From NCBI RefSeq assembly GCF_036321535.1, contig NC_087436.1, positions 8,122,001-8,186,000 of the forward strand: 64,000 nucleotides of DNA, written 5' to 3'. The notes beneath the pieces were generated by a model, which was not told the DNA's origin, did no database searches, and saw nothing but the letters and a program-made list of their open reading frames with translations. The first letter of the stretch is position 1. Every line of letters starts with the position of its first letter. The DNA is from Camelus dromedarius. Its lineage: Eukaryota. The translations under genes were made by a program, and so were the position numbers. Positions 60,239-64,000 of this stretch are shown here, in pieces.

Positions 60239-61091
60239 TCTTGTTATAAATGTGATCATCATTGATATAAATGTGATAATTTACATCATCCAGGCAGCTG
60301 GACTGTCTGGTACAAAATAAGAAAAATCAACAAACATTTGGTGAAGTATAGAAGTTATGGAAGAAGCATAAGATATAATATACAGAACTGAGAAATTAAG
60401 GTATTACAGTATTCAATACATTCTATGGTTTTCCTTTATTATCAAAAATATCTTTCTATAGTCATATTTCTCCTTATAATTAAACATAGAATTAAAAAGT
60501 CTTTTTTCTTGATAGAATTGAAATCTAAAAGAATGTATGCTTTTAGCTGGAGTTAAGAGTAGTGGCCGTGGTAACATTTGCAATTGTCTTTGTTGTCATT
60601 TCCCCCTAGATTTGAATGCTGTCTTTCATCTTTTCTTGGAGGTTTGAATTGTGCACCTAGTTTTGTTGTGTTGGATAAATTCTTTATTTCATTCAATTTC
60701 ACTTCTTAACGTTTTTCATGCAGACATCATGGAAATTAGTAAAGAAATGCAACAGGAAAACATTCCTCTGACACACCCCAAATCTTCTGAAGGATGGTGA
60801 AAATTTCAACTTTAGAGACTATGAACACAGGATAAATAAACACAGGTAAAAATTTAACAAAACTTTCAGCAACTGAATTCAATGAAAACACTTGTTTGTA
60901 AGGCCTGTTGAGTTAACCCAGCTAAAATGGGATTCCTTCTGACAAGTTTAAAAGCAAATAGTTCTGGGCAAGCTCTATACTGCATAATTTGAAATAAATG
61001 TACTCTGTCCCCACTTTTCAAATAGATGAGTACTTTCTCTTCTTTAAATGTGAACATACCACTTTTCTCTTCTTTTTTTTAAAGTAATTGT

Positions 61092-61095
<4 letters not shown>

Positions 61096-61128
<33 letters not shown>
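61096..61128. repeat. (TA)n microsatellite
   Basis: Visible directly. Confidence 0.95.
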
Positions 61129-61132
<4 letters not shown>

Positions 61133-62379
61133 AAGTAATTATATATATTATCTTATACCTGTTAAATTAAGTTTTTCATTTTTAATAGTTACATATTGTG
61201 GGTACAACATTTATATCAAAATAGAGTATATATCTAAAGAAATGATTGACATTGCGTCTAATCTACATCATCTATGTGGCCAGTGCCCTCTGACCTTCTC
61301 TCCCCCACTGTTGGGTACTAGGATTCTGTGCAGTCACCAGTTGTAGAATCACAGAAATCTTACCATTCTTCCCAGTATCAAGGTCTCTCTCACCAAATCT
61401 GAGACCACTTACCTCTACCAAAGTCAGCAACCTCTCCCCTTCCAGCTGATAAACTGTCAGATTCAGTCACACTAGATTTTGAATAAAAGCAGTGTTTGCA
61501 GCTAAAGTTAGGCAAAGATGTATGCAGAGCTGCACACTCCTATTATAAGCCTAAAAAGCAGATCGTTACACCAGAAGATAATGTCCTGATTGACATCGTA
61601 TAATCATCACCCAAAATAAACCTTTATTCCTCCCACTTGCTCATTTCCCTAATATATTCCAATCATTTTGATCTGGATGTAAGCTTGCTCCAACAGTCAA
61701 TGCTTGCATTCTTTGAATCTTCTATTTTTTGACATTGTGCCGCTAGTTGCTAGAATCAATTAGAACACACAACTGGATTGCCTATATGTTTACTTACAGT
61801 AGGAAGCCTGAATTTTTGCTTTGTTTCTGTTTTGAATTAGCTAGACTCCTCTAGAATGTATTCCTGCACTATTTGTGACACATTAATATCACTTTTGTGC
61901 AAATATCAGTTATCAAACTAAATTACTTTTCAATTTGCTTTTCAAACAACAGAATATCAAGTTGTATATCATAATACATTATCCTTTGATTTTTAGATGC
62001 TTAAGATACATTTATGATAATTAAATTTTTAATACCTCTCAATAATATCAAAACAGACTTATTGAAAACAAAATTAAACTAAATGTCCTGTAAAGAGAGA
62101 AACTTACCAATTATGTATGAAGCAATTCATGGATCTGTGAATGAGATGTACAATCCTAGAAATCAGATTAACATCTTTACAGTAAAAATAAGCAAATTCA
62201 TAGTCAAAATGTATTCACTTTAATTCTTGACCAAAGGACTAATTAAAATAAACCAAAGCTAGAGAGAATATTTTATTTTTCCCCGTAAGCAAACCCTTTT
62301 GACATTGTTTACAAAATCCAAGCTGGGATGTATTCCTTTATAACATGTTATTACAAATAGTTGTAAACCAATCAAATTT

Positions 62380-62601
62380 TAGCTGACTCTTGAACAATAC
62401 TGGGGTTAACAGCAACAACCCTCACGCTGTTGAAAATCTGCATACAGCTTTATCATTGGTCCTCCTTCATAGTCATAGTTCTGCATCCATGGATTCAGCC
62501 AACCATAGATCATATACTACAGTTGTATTTATTTCGTGAAAAAAAGAAATCATATAAGTGGACCAGTGTGGTTCAATCCTGTGTTGTCCAAGGGTCAACT
62601 G
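62380..62601. mobile_element. Tigger2-derived MITE (TcMar-Tigger; Tigger2a/MER8-like)
   Basis: TIRs (T)AGCTGACTCTTGAACAA ... TTGTCCAAGGGTCAACTG followed by TA; internal GCATCCATGGATTCAGCCAACC. Confidence 0.85.
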
Positions 62602-62714
62602 TATTTCGAGATTTTTGGCATCAAGTATAAATTTAAGACTTATAGAAATCACTAAAATTAATATTAATAACAAAAATGTAAAAAGTTAAATTTTAGTATA
62701 TATTTTGTCAGATG

Positions 62715-63110
62715 ATAATGAATTATCTATTGCCTCATAACAAATTACTCCAAAATTTTGTGGCTTCACATAGCATACATTTATTGTCTCACAGATTCTG
62801 TGGTCAATAAACTGAGCACAATTTAGTTGGATGCCTCTAACTTGAAGTATCTCATAATCACTCAAAATAAGAATTGAGATTCAGAGAGAAAAAGTGAGAG
62901 AAAGAAAGAGGGAGAGAGAACAAATATGATGAAAGTTACAGTCATTTTACAATCTAATTTCAAAGATGATAATCAATCACTTTTACCATAGTCTATTCCT
63001 TAGAAGAGACACAAGGTCCAGCTTATAGTCAAACGGAGGAGATTGCACAAAGATGTGAATACCAGGAGGCAGAAGCCATTAGGATCCATTTTAGAGGCTG
63101 TCAGCCATAA
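62715..63110 (-). mobile_element. MaLR LTR (MLT1F-like), internally deleted
   Basis: TATCTATTGCCTCATAACAAATTACTCCAAAAT...CATTTATTGTCTCACAG...GTGAATACCAGGAGGCAG...CCATTTTAGAGGCTG. Confidence 0.75.
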
Positions 63111-64000
63111 TTTATTTGCATATTTATATATGTATAATTATCAAAATTATTAAATTAAATAATTACTAGCTTGATAATTATTAAATTAAATGATTATTAA
63201 ATTAAATTGAATTATTCAAAAATTGAAAAATTATCTCCTTAAAGCTACCTGAATTTATCATTTTATGCATGAAGACATAGGCTTTTACTTCACAGGAAAA
63301 AGTAATGTGGACGAAACGATCACCTAATAAAAATTAGCTAAAGTGAAATCAACCCCATCTCAGCTCATATCTAACCTGAATCAGATCTATTTTAGAAACT
63401 GACTTAAGTGGCAGAATGGTGTTCTAGTGTTCTGTGTGGTATACCAGCTGACTTGATTTCATCGTCAGCTAGGGAAAAGCTGACACCACAGTCATCTCTG
63501 CATGTGATCTAGTTTCTAATGAAATGATCTCATGTACACACTAAAAACAATTTTTAAGTGTCTCATTATGCTATTTTGCCACTTTTGTTTCCACTTATGT
63601 TTTCTTATGAGCTATAAAAATGCCTCAGAGTGCCAACAGTGCATATATGAAGCTCCTGAAAACTCATTAAGACAAGGAACATCCTCACTGATGCACTGAA
63701 CATTGGAATTTTGATCTATGTTGCCTCCATCGTGTTGAAGAGTAACTTTTCTGGATATTCTACCTGGTTATCCTGAGTGCTGCCCACGTTAAAAAAAAAA
63801 ATTAAAAGAAGATATTAACTAAGCAGAATTAAATACAATCCAATGATCAATGCGTATCTTTTGAATAATACAAAACTTCACAGAAGTTAAAATGGAAAGA
63901 TAAAGAAATAATGAACACTGTCCCTTGAATTGGGGAACATGGAGGGCAGGCTGAGCACACATCCACAACTCTTCTCCTTCATAACTTCCTGTCTCGAATG

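Noticed and set aside
63445..63473. Short hairpin AGCTGAC...GTCAGCT
   Set aside because: A 7-bp stem is too short for a pre-miRNA and is expected by chance.
1..64000. A prokaryotic-style novel system (operon, CRISPR array, defence island)
   Set aside because: The DNA is mammalian and repeat-rich. The longest ORF is 140 aa, and I saw no regularly spaced repeat-spacer array or operon structure.

Overview
AT-rich, CpG-poor mammalian genomic DNA, not prokaryotic. It is most likely camelid (Camelus/Vicugna): there are five tRNA-derived Vic-1-type SINEs (GGGGAGGGTATAGCTCAAGTGGTAGAGC...) and cetartiodactyl-type L1 3' ends, and I saw no ruminant Bov-tA/BovB or pig PRE-1. The window looks intergenic or deep-intronic. 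I recognise no intact protein-coding gene, RNA gene or CRISPR array. The ORFs in the track that I can recognise are a decayed RPS14 processed pseudogene (~9210-9585) and L1 ORF2 fragments. Most recognisable sequence is transposable element: old L2, MIR, MER5A/MER58/MER20, MLT1/MLT2/LTR16C and L1M; artiodactyl ERV1 LTRs; and younger lineage-specific L1 and SINE copies. The notable structures are: (1) a ~355-bp L1 made of the 5'-UTR start fused directly to the 3'-UTR end, a candidate spliced or non-autonomous L1 derivative (41612-41964); (2) three L1 copies 5'-truncated within ~25 nt of the same ORF2 position; (3) an LTR nested in another LTR and later broken by a ~335-bp inversion, shown by a flipped target-site duplication (TSD) (29664-30482); (4) a twin-primed L1 with a 5' inversion and no TSD (21161-21806). 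Repeat family names come from recalled consensus sequences and need RepeatMasker/Dfam confirmation. Boundaries of old elements are approximate.
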